In this document: piece by piece, positions 17,371 through 32,803 of the stretch | Position numbering within the stretch: the first letter of the stretch is position 1 | How the letters are laid out: each line of letters opens with the position of its first letter | Origin: the human T2T-CHM13v2.0 reference genome, Homo sapiens | Direction: 5' to 3' (one strand) | NCBI RefSeq assembly: GCF_009914755.1 | Contig: NC_060942.1 | DNA length: 64,000 bases | Translations under genes and position numbers: made by a program | The notes under the pieces: model-generated | The model's database searches: none | What the model was told of the DNA's origin: nothing | Seen by the model: only the letters and a program-made list of their open reading frames with translations

Positions 17371-19017
17371 GTATGGTGTACCATAATCAACTGTGGTGTG
17401 AGGGTTTTTTTTCCCTCCCCCCCCACTTCTAATTGTTCTCTTTTAACTAAAAATCATCTGCTAAATTTAAGCATCTTCTTTAACACTGCTATTGTCATAG
17501 AGAATCTCCTGAAGTTCTGGCAGGAAACTATGGAGCAATGGAACAAGATGCAGGAAATACTTTCGGGAATGAGAAAAGATGGCACTTTCCATAAATACTC
17601 ATTGATCTAAATTTGACATTCCCACCAGCAATACAGGAGGTTCTCTGGCACAAGAATGTCAGTCATACTGCCTGCTGGGCCAGCAGATCAGACTTCAAAG
17701 ATAACTTCTGGAATGAAGAGATTCAAACTTCAAATGGTTGATTAAAAAAAAAATGTGCACGCACACTGAAGTCACACTGGTGATTTCACAGTGGTATTTC
17801 TCTGCCACCATTTCTGAATTAACACTTCGAGATAAATGCTTACCTAGGCAAGAATGTTATCTACCCAAGCTGATTTGGAATCTCTCTGCCTCCATTGTCT
17901 GCCTCCTGCCCCCAAGCAAGATGAGGAACAAGTTAACCCAAAGAAAGCTCTCCTGAGCCAGCCTTGAGAAAACAAAGACACAAGTGGGAAGATTCTGTGC
18001 TATTTATTATCAAATGGTTACTCTGGGCACTGTCACACCCAGTATAAAGGACATGAAAATACAATGAATCCAGCTATCGTGTGGCGTTTTATGCTGAAAT
18101 AGCTCCCTGACAGACGTGTTCCAACAGAACCAAAGTTCATGACCTTAACTAAATTACTTCTATGAAGGGTTTTTCCTCCTCGTTAATTTTGCAATGCCTT
18201 GGTTTATTCAATTGTCCATGGATGCATATTGATATTTTAGAAATAAAACAAGTAAAAGAATTATTTGCAAACTTGTAAGTAACTACATACATCATTCTTA
18301 GGAGATGATAGTTTATCTAGTTCATCCAAATATTTCTGAAGAATGTAACGAAAAACTTCAGCTAAGGTCTAAGTTCCACAGTTCTGTCCAGTCGCTATCA
18401 ATTAATTTCTGTATTCAAGGTGTAGACTTAACTTCTTCATTAGAAATTTTTTTAAATACATATTTTCTGTACCTGCCATAGTGTTCCAGTAATAAGTCAT
18501 ACTTATTGGTCAATACATTAACTTATCCTTAACGTGTAATAGAATTGTTCTCAAACTCAACTTCTCTATATCATAAATCTTAAAATTCTAAAATATATTT
18601 TTTAAAATTCTCTATGGCTTAAAAATAGCTTATTAATACTATAGTAAACAATACTTTTAGAAGTAGTACAATGCCATGAAATCAATCAAGTTTTTAAACC
18701 CCAAAAGATCTAGGAAACACTGCTCTAACAATACCTTTCTGTCAAAGCCCTACTTGGAAGGACAAGTTGCAAGGTGAAAAGTTTGCAAGTACATACATTT
18801 ACTAAATGATGTGTTAATATCCAGCACAAGGTCCAGTAAAGAAGTTAGTATGAGGGGAGGACAGTGGACAGAGGGATACTGTTCCATGCATCCATGTTTT
18901 GGCAGAAAATCACTGGTGTCCCTCTTACACTAATAGGGAAGAAGTAGATTTTATGATGTAGCTTGCTTTTAAAAGTTACCTGAAGAAACATCTTTAGACG
19001 CTTATCCAAAAAATTAA

Positions 19018-19491
<474 letters not shown>

Positions 19492-20319
19492 TAAATAAAG
19501 ATGTTCATTTCAACTTAGCTCAACAACAAGAAGTGGCTACTAACTGCTAGAAACACTGCAAAGCAATGAACAGATATGCATAAAACAGTCCCTGCCCTTG
19601 ACAAGGCCGAGAGAGAAGGTGAGCCAGATAAGTCATTGGCCCCATGACAGGCAAGACAATAGCATTGAGCAGGGAAAGCCCTGTGAGTACAGGGAAGGTT
19701 GTCTAACAAATACTTCAGCAGAGAGAGAGCTGGGAAGATTTTCCAGGGTTCTTTAGAACCCAAATGAAAGATGTGTCCGGCACTTAAGAGCCCATGTGCC
19801 AGGAAACATTAGTTAGCTACAAATAGGTGCAGGCGTATCCCAGATAATGCCTCTCAGCTCTGAGACAGCAGGCCAGCTGGGGTCCCAGCCTCCTTGCTTT
19901 ACCCCCAATGTGACACAGCAGGACACTGTCATTTTGTGCATCTTATAAAGTGAGGGGTTTGGGGCACATAATCTAAACTTATAGGGTGGGCCCTGGAGAA
20001 GGATGTGGAGTGAAAAGGGCACACCTTGGAAGAAGACCACTTGCTTAAACATGAAGGAAAGTAAGTCACATTGGGGAACATTAAGTAATTTGATAAAGAA
20101 ACGGTGAGAAATGGGAAGAATTTTAAACAAGAGTAGGAGCGGTTATCGAGATGGTGTTTCTAGAAACATCACAGTGATGGCACTGCTGAGGAGGGAGAAC
20201 AGGTGAGGCTGCTGGCCTGCTGAGTGAACCATCACACTATTTCCTGAGAAAAACAAACAACCTGAGAAAAACAAACAATTCCTAAGTCTAGCCAGCAGTG
20301 AGAATAAAAAATGGGAAAG

Positions 20320-20670
<351 letters not shown>

Positions 20671-20759
20671 TCAATGACCAAATGGATTTCAGCAATGAAA
20701 GAGAGATGATGTCCAGGATGATGAGCAAGTACAATAGGTGTAACAGTAATAACCATCAT

Positions 20760-21260
20760 GCACTGAGTACCTATGACACACCCTACACTGTGCTAATATT
20801 TTTCACATATTATTTAATAGTATCAATGCTATCCATTTTATAGATAGAAAGCTGACATTCAGAGAAGTTAAGAAACTTAGCCATGGCCATAGCTAATTAA
20901 AGTGACAGGTCTGGCATTTGAGCCCAAGACTATTTGATTCCAAATCCAGACTTCAAATTTCTAAACAATTATGCATTTTGGAGAATATAGTTTAAAAATA
21001 TATAGTTCTTTATAAAATAGTAACAGTGATGAACATAAATAAACTTGCTTGTTGAGGGTTAACTCTGTACTAGATACTGGTCTAACAACTTTTCTCACAT
21101 TATTTCATTTAATCATTAACATCCCTTTCAGGTAGGCACTATTATTATTCCCATTTTACAGACAGTGAAACTAAAACACACGTTATGTCCCCAATTTGCC
21201 ATAGCTAGTAAAGCCAGAGAATTAAACACCTGAAGCTTAAAGACAGACCTTGTGTTATTT
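20760..21260. mobile_element. Two MIR fragments (~20760-20950 and ~21050-21260)
   Basis: MIR core motifs (ccattttatagatagaaagctga; aggtaggcactattattattcccattttacagacagtgaaact). Confidence 0.65.
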
Positions 21261-22214
21261 CCCCATAACAATTTACTGTACATGAAAATGAATATCCATA
21301 GGATTTTATGAATGAATTAGTATAAAATGGTAGGGCATTTCAAGGATCATTACCCTGAAATAAATGGTCCCAGAAGCATTTTATATGAGTTTATAAAGCA
21401 GTGCAATTATAAAGCAGTGGCACAAGACACTAAAGATCAGTATATGTATTTATTCTAATATTCTTGATGCATTTGAATTCTCAATCATGCTAGATTAACT
21501 ACAGATGTAGGCTTCATATTTAATGTCTGGAAAAGAAGAAGGAAAAAAAGAATGGACTAAAGTCCAGGCTATGTAGGAGGTGGGCAGTGAGGCTTCTGTT
21601 ACACATACCCTTGTTTCCAACTGCTACGATCAATATTTTTCATGGGCCCTTAGAGAATACAGTGACAGAAAAGAAAAAACGCACCTCTGAAATCCATTCA
21701 GGCATGCATACTTTACTGTGGAGCACATACTTGCTAAATTTGAATACTATGTCATATATGAGAATGAAGTGAATTTTCTTGTAGATTTTTTTCTGTCCTT
21801 AGAATTGTCTATTTTAGAAAAAAAGAAGGGATAGTTTCCAACAAAAGTGATGAAGCAACCATAATTTTATGTGATTGCCAGCTATGAATTTAACACATTA
21901 TTTTTACAAACACAATACGTCCTATTCAATACTTAGGAGGAGCTCACTTGAAACTCATTAAATTTCAAAGGAAAGTGAGCCATCAGGTCATATACTATGA
22001 GCTGTAAGGTAACCCAGAGAGACTGCAGAAATGACAGGGAACGTCTAACAATCTGAATGTCAATAGATAATAAGTTATTTTAAAAAATAACACCAGACAA
22101 CTAACTAGCAGGTGATTTGCAGGTCAGGATTATTGACCAAAACACACAACTTTACAAATCATTCATGCTATTCATGGGGCACAAAATCGTTTCTTAAAAA
22201 AAAAAAAAAAATCA

Positions 22215-22507
<293 letters not shown>

Positions 22508-23297
22508 TCAAAACTGCTCAAGGAGGCTAGTTAGGAAGGGTGAGGGTTGGTGGGGTGCGGAAGGCAAAAAGGCAAACAGGGAATGCGATATGAAACATTA
22601 AAGGGCTCCTGCCCTGGGAGGTTTTCCGCAGCATCTCAAAGCAGGAAAGCCCCATGAGGTCCCACTTTCTCCAAAAACCACTCATAACCGCCAGGCCAAG
22701 TGCCGAGCCCCGAGGGGCCAGGACAACCTTCAGGCCATCTCCTCAGTCTAAGACTTTCAATTTCGGGGAACAATAAGCTGAGGCAAGCTGCTCTTTCTCT
22801 ACCCTGTGGGAAACCGGGACTTGTTCACCTTCAGCAGCCTGATAGACAGGAGTCCCCTCGCAATCCTTTAAGGCTCCTCTCCCTCCCCAAAGGCTCCTTT
22901 CTTCTGGCTGATAACTATGTAAATTCCCTCTTCCCAGCCTGGCTCTGCGCAGCAGACTCGCAGCTATTCAATGCTGCGTTTCCAGCTCCGGTCCAGTGCT
23001 TCCATCATGAATGCTTGAATGAATGAGATGGTCGCGTTTCTGCAGAGCTCACAACTCAGCACAATGCCCAAACACACGTTTCCCACGAGGGCACTGCAAA
23101 TTCCGCCCACTACTTTTGACTCGAATTTTTTTTTAATGAAGTTTATATTCGTGGGAATACGCCCATTGTCATGTGCTGCATACATTAAGATGTTTTCAAC
23201 AAATATTTGTGACTGCCTAGCCAACACGAAGCCACGCTGCGAAGACAGCTCTAGGGGTGGCGTGGGTGACTAGGGTTGTCCCCCAAAAGGGAAAAGA

Positions 23298-23380
23298 ATT
23301 CTTTCTTTCTTTTTCTTTCTTTCTCTCTCTTTCTTTTCTCTTTCTCTCTCTCTTTCTTTCTTCTCTCTCTCTCTCTTTCC
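23298..23380 (+). repeat. CT-rich low-complexity polypyrimidine tract
   Basis: About 80 nt of only C/T (TTTC/TC repeats) at the edge of the CpG island. Confidence 0.9.
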
Positions 23381-23877
23381 GCCCGCCCGCAAAAACAGAA
23401 AATGAAAATTCGCTCTGAGTTTCTCTTCTCAATCCTTGCAACGCGCATGCAAGGTGCTCCCTTCTCCGCTGGTCCCTCGCCCCGGCGCGCCCACGGTCAA
23501 TCCCGCGCAGTGAATGAGCGGGTTTGGCCACTTCGCCTATTGCACAAAAAGCGCGGGTCGGGAAGGCGCATCAGTGCCCTGGACGCCGCCTGCGGGTCCC
23601 CCTGCCCGGGACGGCTGGCTAGGGGCGCCCTTCTCGCCGCGTCTCTCCCCACTAGCCCGCTTGGCTGCCAGGGGCCCCGAGGAATCCGCCCTTTCCCGGC
23701 CGCCGCGACCCAGCTTGCGCAGCCGGACAATGAGGGCGACTCGGGAGAGCTCTTTCTCCATTCATCCCCCGCGCCCGGCCAACAGCCCCGCCACCCCCGC
23801 CCGCGCAGCCGGGGCACTAAAAGCAACCCCCGGCGCCCCGCTCCGGGCGCCCCGCTCCCGCCACCCCCAGCACTGCT

Positions 23878-23891
23878 CGCGTAGATGGCGC
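23878..23891 (+). promoter_or_regulatory. Possible CTCF/YY1-like site in the intron-1 part of the CpG island
   Basis: CGCGTAGATGGCGC matches 12/14 of the CTCF core CCASYAGRKGGCRS and contains AGATGGCG (YY1-like); motif match only. Confidence 0.3.
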
Positions 23892-24185
23892 TCCTGGGTC
23901 GCGAAGTCCCGCAAAAGCCAGAGGCGAGGCTGGGCTTTAACCCCAAAGCCCGAGGAGGTTAAAGCCTAAGCCTGCAAAGAGCGGGCAGCGTCCGGCAGGA
24001 GCGGCGTCCCCATCCAGCCCTCCCCGGCAAGCGCGGGAGACCCACGTGGCCGAGACACCCACTCCGAGGTGGATCAGGATGCGCGCCCGGACTCCAGCAG
24101 CCCCAACGCGACGGGCTTTGTCCGCGGCCGCCCCCGCCCGCCCGCCTGCGGGGGACAGGGACCCTAGGACCCGGGCCGGGCTCAC

Positions 24186-24246
24186 CTCTCTGCCGGCACT
24201 GCGCGGCGACACACAGCAGCAAGACCAGGAGCACGCCCCCGCGCAT
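24186..24246 (-). CDS. LAMA1: Laminin subunit alpha-1, coding part of exon 1 (signal peptide)
   Basis: Minus-strand ATG at 24246 translates MRGGVLLVLLLCVAAQCRQR+G (61 nt), matching the known human LAMA1 N-terminus. It ends at a canonical G|GTGAG donor (24185-24181), has G at Kozak -3 and sits in a CpG island. Confidence 0.97.
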
Positions 24247-24329
24247 CTCGCCTCCGCCGCCACTCGGTGGGTCTGGGGAGAAAGCCGCGCGCCCGCCTGG
24301 AACGCTCCACGGGACGCGAGTCCGCGCTG

Positions 24330-24470
24330 CCCTGGCCCCGCCGCTCCTGGAGTCCTGCCGCCCCTCCCTCCAGCCGCCCTCGGACACACCCCTCGGCTGC
24401 GCCCCGCCCCGCCCCGTCCCGCCCCGGCTTGGCCCCGCCACCCAGACCCCTCCCCCGGGGGCGCCCAGCT
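24330..24470 (-). promoter_or_regulatory. LAMA1: TATA-less GC-box (Sp/KLF) proximal promoter of LAMA1
   Basis: Tandem GGGGCGGGG boxes on the minus strand (24401-24425 and about 24432-24440), 150-200 nt upstream of the ATG; no TATA seen. The exact TSS cannot be read from sequence. Confidence 0.72.
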
Positions 24471-25020
24471 TGGCCTCTGGGTCCCGGCGCACGCGGACCC
24501 CAAGTCGGGGAGGCCGGGCTGACCGCGGCCGCCTCCCCGGCTCCGGGTAGGAGGTGGGCAGAGAAGGTGGGCTGAGGGGAGGAGAAACTGGGCTGCGGGG
24601 GTCCGGGAGGGTGGATTCCGAGAAACTATGTGCCCAGCTGACCCTGCCCGCCCCGCCGCGGCCCTGCAGTCCCCGGGCCAGGACCCACGCGCCCCTGCCA
24701 GGAGCTGGGCGAGAGGCGACCCCTCGGGAAGCCACCCAGGCTCGGCCGACCCGCCGCCCTTTCCGCCGTGGGCAGAGGACTTGAGGATTTTTTCTGAAAA
24801 TGAGTTGCAACTTGTTCCCGACTTTGTTTGCCTAAAGAAGGCAAGGTCACTTGGACTTAATTATTATAATTAGATACCCTTACTGCTGGAGAGAGAGGAC
24901 GCGCTCCTGACACGCAACTTCAACTGCTGTTATTATAATTATTATTATTTTAAAACTATGTCTGGTCCCCGATAAAGAATTTTTAATTTCCTCTGATTTT
25001 TTTTTTCTATCAAAAGTATT

Positions 25021-25320
<300 letters not shown>

Positions 25321-25994
25321 GGTATTCATAACACTTTGTAGATTTCACATTTTCTCAATATAAATATACAGGGACAATATCTCATTATCATCCCACCATC
25401 TTATTTTGCAGGGTTTTTTTTTCTTGATAGGAAGATAATTTCCTCTCACTTGTGTGAATCTATTTGACAACTCTATCAATTCCTGTTTTTCTGAGGACAC
25501 TTCCTTACACATCTAGTGAGTAGAACTTAGTTATAGTACTTAGCCATCGATTAATTTTTAAAAATCATGGAACAAAATGATAGTTTGGCCGTTTTAAAAG
25601 GATGCAATATAGTTCAGTGAATACTCCATACAGTACTAAATTTAAAATGCAGACGTTCGTAACTATTAAAATGTTACTAAGTAATTATTAAATAAGTAAA
25701 CTTAGTATTTAATAAATGATCAAATATTATAGTATTAGGCACATAGCTATTAAAATGCAGAATTATAAGCATTTATGCACTGAAATAACTGCACACACAG
25801 ACCTAGCATTCATATAGATTATCTTTTGGGATCTTCACAACTCTATGAGATGCTTGCCAGGAGATAAGGAAGTGAGTTCTCAGTGTCAGCAAATGTCTGG
25901 TCTAGAGCTAGACCCCATGTCTGGTTTCTAGTCCATAGTCCTTTACAACACCACGCTGAAATCACAGAGGATGTTGATCAAAAGCAAACTTGGA

Positions 25995-26360
<366 letters not shown>

Positions 26361-26975
26361 TCAGGCAGGAGGTCAATGGGACCTTATCTTTGAACTGCAA
26401 GCAGGGATCTCACGTGTGTAATTTCAAGGGAGGCAAGTGGTCAGCACCTCTGGGGAGTGAATAGGAAGCATCAAAAGTTACAAATTGGCACTATTTATCA
26501 CTGCTCAAAATTAAGCAGAAAAGATTTCAATGAAAAGAATTCAGAACAAACTTGGATAAAATGCAGCAGTAAAAATGTCATAATTCTACACATCTTCTAA
26601 AAACCCTGCAGTACAAATTTTTCCAATCTTTAGCATGCTTGGAAAATATCTAAATTACCTAGAGCCCTATGAAAGTGCAGGGCTGGCTTGTTCAAGTTGA
26701 AAATGAGTATAACAAGAATGTTCACATTTTGTGAGAAAGTAAAAATTCAACTCAACTGGACACAAAAAGATCCTTGCTTCAAAGTCACCTATAAATAATG
26801 AACAATTGAAAATGCCTAAATGTCAAGCGATAGTTTAAATGGTTAAGTACTTTATAAATCAATGTAACAGGCTATTATGTAGCTACTTTTGAATTGTGAA
26901 ACTCTGCAATGAAAAACAACTCATATGTTAAGAAATGCAACATTCCAAATAACATAGACATTCTGATTACAATTA

Positions 26976-27372
<397 letters not shown>

Positions 27373-27780
27373 TCAGAAGATGGGTAGAGGTATGGATGTT
27401 TTAGATAGTGAAGAAAAGCTCAGGCTGGGCTCAGCGATGGTTCACATTCTTTCCCCACGCTTACTAGCAGTGACATCTTGGGCAAGTTCCTCCTCTGTAA
27501 AATAGAGATAGCAATGGTGCCTACTTCATTCATTCAATAAACATTTTTTAAGTGGCTGCTAAGTGCCAGTGCTAGGGATATACCATGAAATGAGAAAGAC
27601 GTATGACATTTCCCACCATGTGGAGCATGCAGTCTGATGGTTAAGGCAGAAAAAAGAAAAAATAATCATAAATTTAATAAGTGCCATCAAGGAAATATCT
27701 GGTTACTTAGATAAAGAATGGGAGGACCAGGTACCGATTGGGCAGTTTGGGAAAGTTTTGCTAAGACGGCTTATTGTATG

Positions 27781-28077
27781 GCAGGGCGCCGTGGCTCACC
27801 CCTGTAATCCCAGCACTTTGGGAGGCTGAGGCGGGTGGATCACAAGGTCAGGAGATCGAGACCATCCTGGCTAACACGGTGAAATCCCATCTCTACTAAA
27901 AATACAAAAAAGTAGCCGGGCGTGGTGGCGGGCACCTGTAGTCCCAGCTACTCAGGAGGCTGAGGCAGGAGAATGGCATGAACCCGGGAGGCGGAGCTTG
28001 CAGTGAGCCAAGATCAGGCCACTGCGCTCCAGCCTGCATGACGGAGCAAGACTCCGTCTCCAGAAAGAAAAAAAAAG
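27781..28077 (+). mobile_element. AluY
   Basis: TSD aaga(c/a)ggcttattgta. Confidence 0.92.
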
Positions 28078-28168
28078 AAGGCTTATTGTAAGCATTAAAT
28101 GAGCCAATGTATGGAAGTCACCAGCACTCTGCCTTGCACATGTCAAATGATAATAAAGATGAATGAAT

Positions 28169-28490
28169 TCTTTTTTCTTTCTTTTTTTTTTTTTTTAGAC
28201 AGAATGTCTAGGAGACATTCTGTCACCTAGGCTGGAGTGCAGTGGCATGATGTTGGCTCACTGCAGCCTCAACCTCCTGAGCTCAATGGTAGACCACCTC
28301 AGCCTCTTGAGCTCTTGAGTAGCTGGGACTACAGGCGCACACTGCCACACTCAGCTAATCTTTGTATTATTATTTTGATTACTTTTCTTTTTCGGGGGCA
28401 GAGATGGGTTTTGCCATGTTGTCCAAGCTGGTCTTGAACTCCTGAGCTCAAGTGATCTGCCCACCTCAGCCTCCCAAAGTGCTGGAATAT
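28169..28490 (-). mobile_element. AluJ, locally rearranged
   Basis: AluJ diagnostics; contains a 12-bp perfect hairpin and a ctcttgag tandem duplication. Confidence 0.85.
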
Positions 28491-28574
28491 GAATTTGTAT
28501 TTCAGTAATTTCACTAATACTATTATATTTTTTAACATAAAAAAAAAAAAGCTTAATTATGACCATTTTCAAAA

Positions 28575-28930
28575 CCAGGGCTCACACAGGCTGAGCTAAA
28601 TTGGAGCTTTCAAATCCCTTGGGTGATCCTGTTGAAATCCAGATTCTAGTTCAATAGTTCTGGGTTGCAGGCCTGAGTTCCTGCATTTCTAACAAGCTCC
28701 CCATGATGCTGATGCTGCGGATAGGCAGAGCACATCTTGACCAGCACATAGCTTGCTTGCTTGTTCTCCATCTTGTTTGCAAACTGAAATCAGTGGAGGA
28801 ATTTAAAAAATACTGATTCTGGTTTCCACCCCGATAGATTATGATTCAATTGGTATGGGGTACAGCTTGGACATCTAGATATTTCTAATGATCTCCAGGT
28901 AATTCTAATGTGAAGCAAAGTTTCAGAAAC
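28575..28930. mobile_element. Two adjacent MER5-family fragments
   Basis: ctgcatttctaacaagctcccc...gatgctgatgctg and ctccaggtaattctaatgtg motifs. Confidence 0.7.
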
Positions 28931-29457
28931 ACAGCTAGACTGACCTGCTCCTGCATGTAGAAAATCCAGGTTCTGGTCATTGGTGGCTGAGCAGGCTGGG
29001 GGAGCCACATTCAGAGTGTGGTCACTCTGGCCTGGCAAGAAGCCTGGCCTGGCAAGTGTTTTTCCTCGTATCCTGACACCCACATAGCAGGGATCCAGCC
29101 ACGGTGCCCAGAATACAGGACAGGACCGTTTCTCTGGAGAGTTAGTACAAGCAAGGCTGCCTCTTAGTTCTAAAGGACTGAGATACAAGGCAGAGACTTA
29201 GGCACAGGAGCATCACACCGGGATCCAGGCAGAAGGCCTGGATGTAAAGCTAGGGGCTTGGTTACAAGGATAGAGGCAAGAGGTCAGTTACTAGAATTGG
29301 TTATGGTGTCAGAGTCTCATCTAGGACAAAGTTAGAGGGGCTGACCATAGGAAAAGCTCCTTAAGGTCTCGTGGCTAGAAATAAGGTGGTTGAGACCCTT
29401 CGCTTTAGGCAGGGGTGAGGGCTGGAAGGACTAGCAGTCAATGAAAGCAAATTGGAG

Positions 29458-29973
29458 GTGGGAGGCAAAAATGGTCCCTCAAAGGTGCGTGTCCCATGTC
29501 CTAATGGCTGGAACCTGGAAATACATTATATTACATGACAAAAGGCACTTTGCAGATGTGATTAAATAAGAGTCTTAAGATGAGGAGATTATCTAGTATT
29601 TGCCAAGCGGACTAATGTAATCAGTAGAAGTCTTCATAAGTGAAAGAGAGAGTAGGAGAGGAAGACTCGGTGATTCAATGCGAGAAGGACTCAACCAGCC
29701 ATTGCTGGCTTTGAAGATGGGGGTGGGGATCATGAGTCCTGGAATGTGAGCAGCTTCTAGATCCTGGGAAGGCAAGGACACAGATCTTCCCCTAGAGCCT
29801 CCAGAAAGAGCCAGCTGTAAGGACACCTTGAGTTTGCCCAGGTGAAACCCATTTTGGACTTTGGAATTCCGGAACTATAAGATAACAATACAAATTGTTA
29901 TCTTATAGTTTGTATTGTTTTATGTCAAGAAGTGTGTGATAATTTGTTACAGTAGCAGTAGGGAACTAATACA
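29458..29973 (+). mobile_element. MLT1D-like MaLR solo LTR
   Basis: ctttgcagatgtgattaa, ccattgctggctttgaagatgg, terminal aatttgttacag...aactaataca. Confidence 0.8.
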
Positions 29974-30438
29974 TTAGGCAAAGACTACTCCCAGGAAGCA
30001 AGTGGAGATGAAGTTAGGGGGAAAAATGAGTATCTATATTAGGATTGAAGTAGAGCCTGAAGATTCCATTTGTGCCCGTGATAAAGAGCAGAAGATAGAA
30101 GAATTTGAAAGAATTACCTGAAATACTGGAAAAAAGAGAAGGAAGAATAGAGGTCTCAGAGGATAGCAATGGAGAACATGGCGTCTGGAGAGGGACAAAA
30201 TTGCTATTCATGATGTTTATAAGCTTTGGTTTTCATGCAAGTTGTGCCATAAACTCTGGGAACAATTTGGACAAAGTGGCTATAAAGTGATAGGCAGAAC
30301 TCTGTTTATAGCCCTAGGTAACAGACTGCTGGTTGCCTCTCAAAATCCAGGCTCCTGTTCTTCTGAGCACTTAGTCACCCAGGTAGATCACCAGGTGGGC
30401 ACTGCATTGCCAGCCTGCCTCAAAGCTAGATTTAAATC

Positions 30439-30808
30439 TGTATTAGTCTGCCCAGGCTGCTGTAACAAAATATCACAGGCTGGGAGGCTTAAACAGCAGA
30501 AACTTATTTTCTTATAGTTCTGGAGGCTGAAAGTCCCAAATCAAGGTCTGGCAGCATTCAGTTTCTGGTGAGGGCTCTCTTCCTGGCTTGCAGGCAGCCA
30601 CCTTCTCACTGTGACCTCACGTGGTGGAGACAAAGAGCAAGCTTTCATAAGTGTCTCTTCTTACAAGAACACAAATCCTATTGGATCAGAGCCCCATTCT
30701 TACTACCTCATTTAACCTTAATCACTTTCTCAGAGGTCCCATTTCCAAATTCAGCCACACTGAGGAAAAGGGCTTCAACACATGAATTTGGGGGGAACAT
30801 AAACATTC
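30439..30808 (-). mobile_element. MLT1A/MLT1A0-like MaLR LTR fused to an Alu fragment (30805-30864)
   Basis: tgtattagtctg...gctgctgtaacaaaata...gttctggaggctg...cttcaacacatgaattt. Confidence 0.8.
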
Positions 30809-30999
30809 TCCTGCCTCAGCCTGCAGTGTAGTTGAGACTACAGGTATGTGCCACAGCACCAGGCAGCGTTTGCCTTTTGACATTTAATCTCTTCTCAAGG
30901 GGCTTGTAGTATTTTACATTTACATAGCTGAATTTCCAGAGCATAATGTAAAAAATACATTTAAATAGGATTTAACAAAGATGTTACGCAAGAAAAAGC

Positions 31000-31250
31000 A
31001 GTGGTTAAAAAATACAGGAATCAAACTGCCTGGGACCGAATACCAGCTCTCACGTTTACTTGATTGGGTGATTTGTGGAAAATTATTTAACTTGTCCTCA
31101 GTTTACTCACTTTACTATAAAATATCCCCATTTTACTACAAAATGGGAATAAAAATAAGATGTATATCAAAAGGTGAGAATTGAATGACATAATGAACAC
31201 AGAATTGTTAGCGTAGTTCCTGGCATCAAGTAAACATTCGATAATTAGTT
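31000..31250 (+). mobile_element. MIR
   Basis: cagtggttaa...aaattatttaac...cctcagttt...aaaatgggaataa. Confidence 0.65.
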
Positions 31251-31715
31251 TCTTCTATGATATCATCTTCATCACCATGGGTTAGGAAGAGTGTTGTACA
31301 GTTGCCATAAGACGATAATGTTTGGCTCTAATGGAGCTTTTCAACACATGGTTACAAAAGGCAGTTGGACATTTGCAAAGAGATGAACTATTATCTGTCT
31401 TCTTATTTATGTAGAAAGAAGCGCTAGAGACCCAAAGGGGAGACGTGAGCTAGGAAAGGGCATCTCCCTAAAGCCAAGGAGTGGATGGAGGTTACAAGAA
31501 AATAGCAACCAGCTATATCAAAAACTAAAAAGACTTTTAAAAATTGGTTTTGGCAGGGATTTGGTCCTTAAGGAACTTGGTGAGTGTGTTTTTCTTTTAT
31601 AGAGGAAGAGGAAGCCAAATTGGAGGGGTCTAGAAGACAGCTGTTCATACTGACATGTAGACAGCATTTGTCCCCAGGACTCTGCAGGACATCCCTGCCT
31701 GCTGGGTATCTGTAA

Positions 31716-32803
<1,088 letters not shown>

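Larger units (their letters stand above)
23440..24790. promoter_or_regulatory. LAMA1: CpG island over the LAMA1 promoter, exon 1 and start of intron 1
   Basis: About 1.35 kb of very GC- and CpG-rich non-repeat sequence around the start codon; boundaries by eye. Confidence 0.92.

Noticed and set aside
20243-20280. 18-bp tandem duplication cctgagaaaaacaaacaa (similar small ones near 21391, 61960 and 62580)
   Set aside because: Ordinary slippage duplications with no further structure.
23276-24873. Long overlapping ORFs (up to 283 aa) on both strands around exon 1
   Set aside because: Stop-poor GC-rich CpG island giving Pro/Arg/Gly/Ala low-complexity peptides. Only the 61-nt LAMA1 segment is supported, by identity and a splice donor.
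25670-25720. AT-rich 8-10 bp inverted repeats (tactaagt/acttagta, ttattaaata/tatttaataa)
   Set aside because: Short and very AT-rich, so plausible by chance.
27730-27745. ATTGG (reverse CCAAT) ~3.4 kb upstream, recalling the mouse Lama1 distal enhancer
   Set aside because: A single 5-mer in what looks like old repeat sequence; orthology cannot be shown without an alignment.
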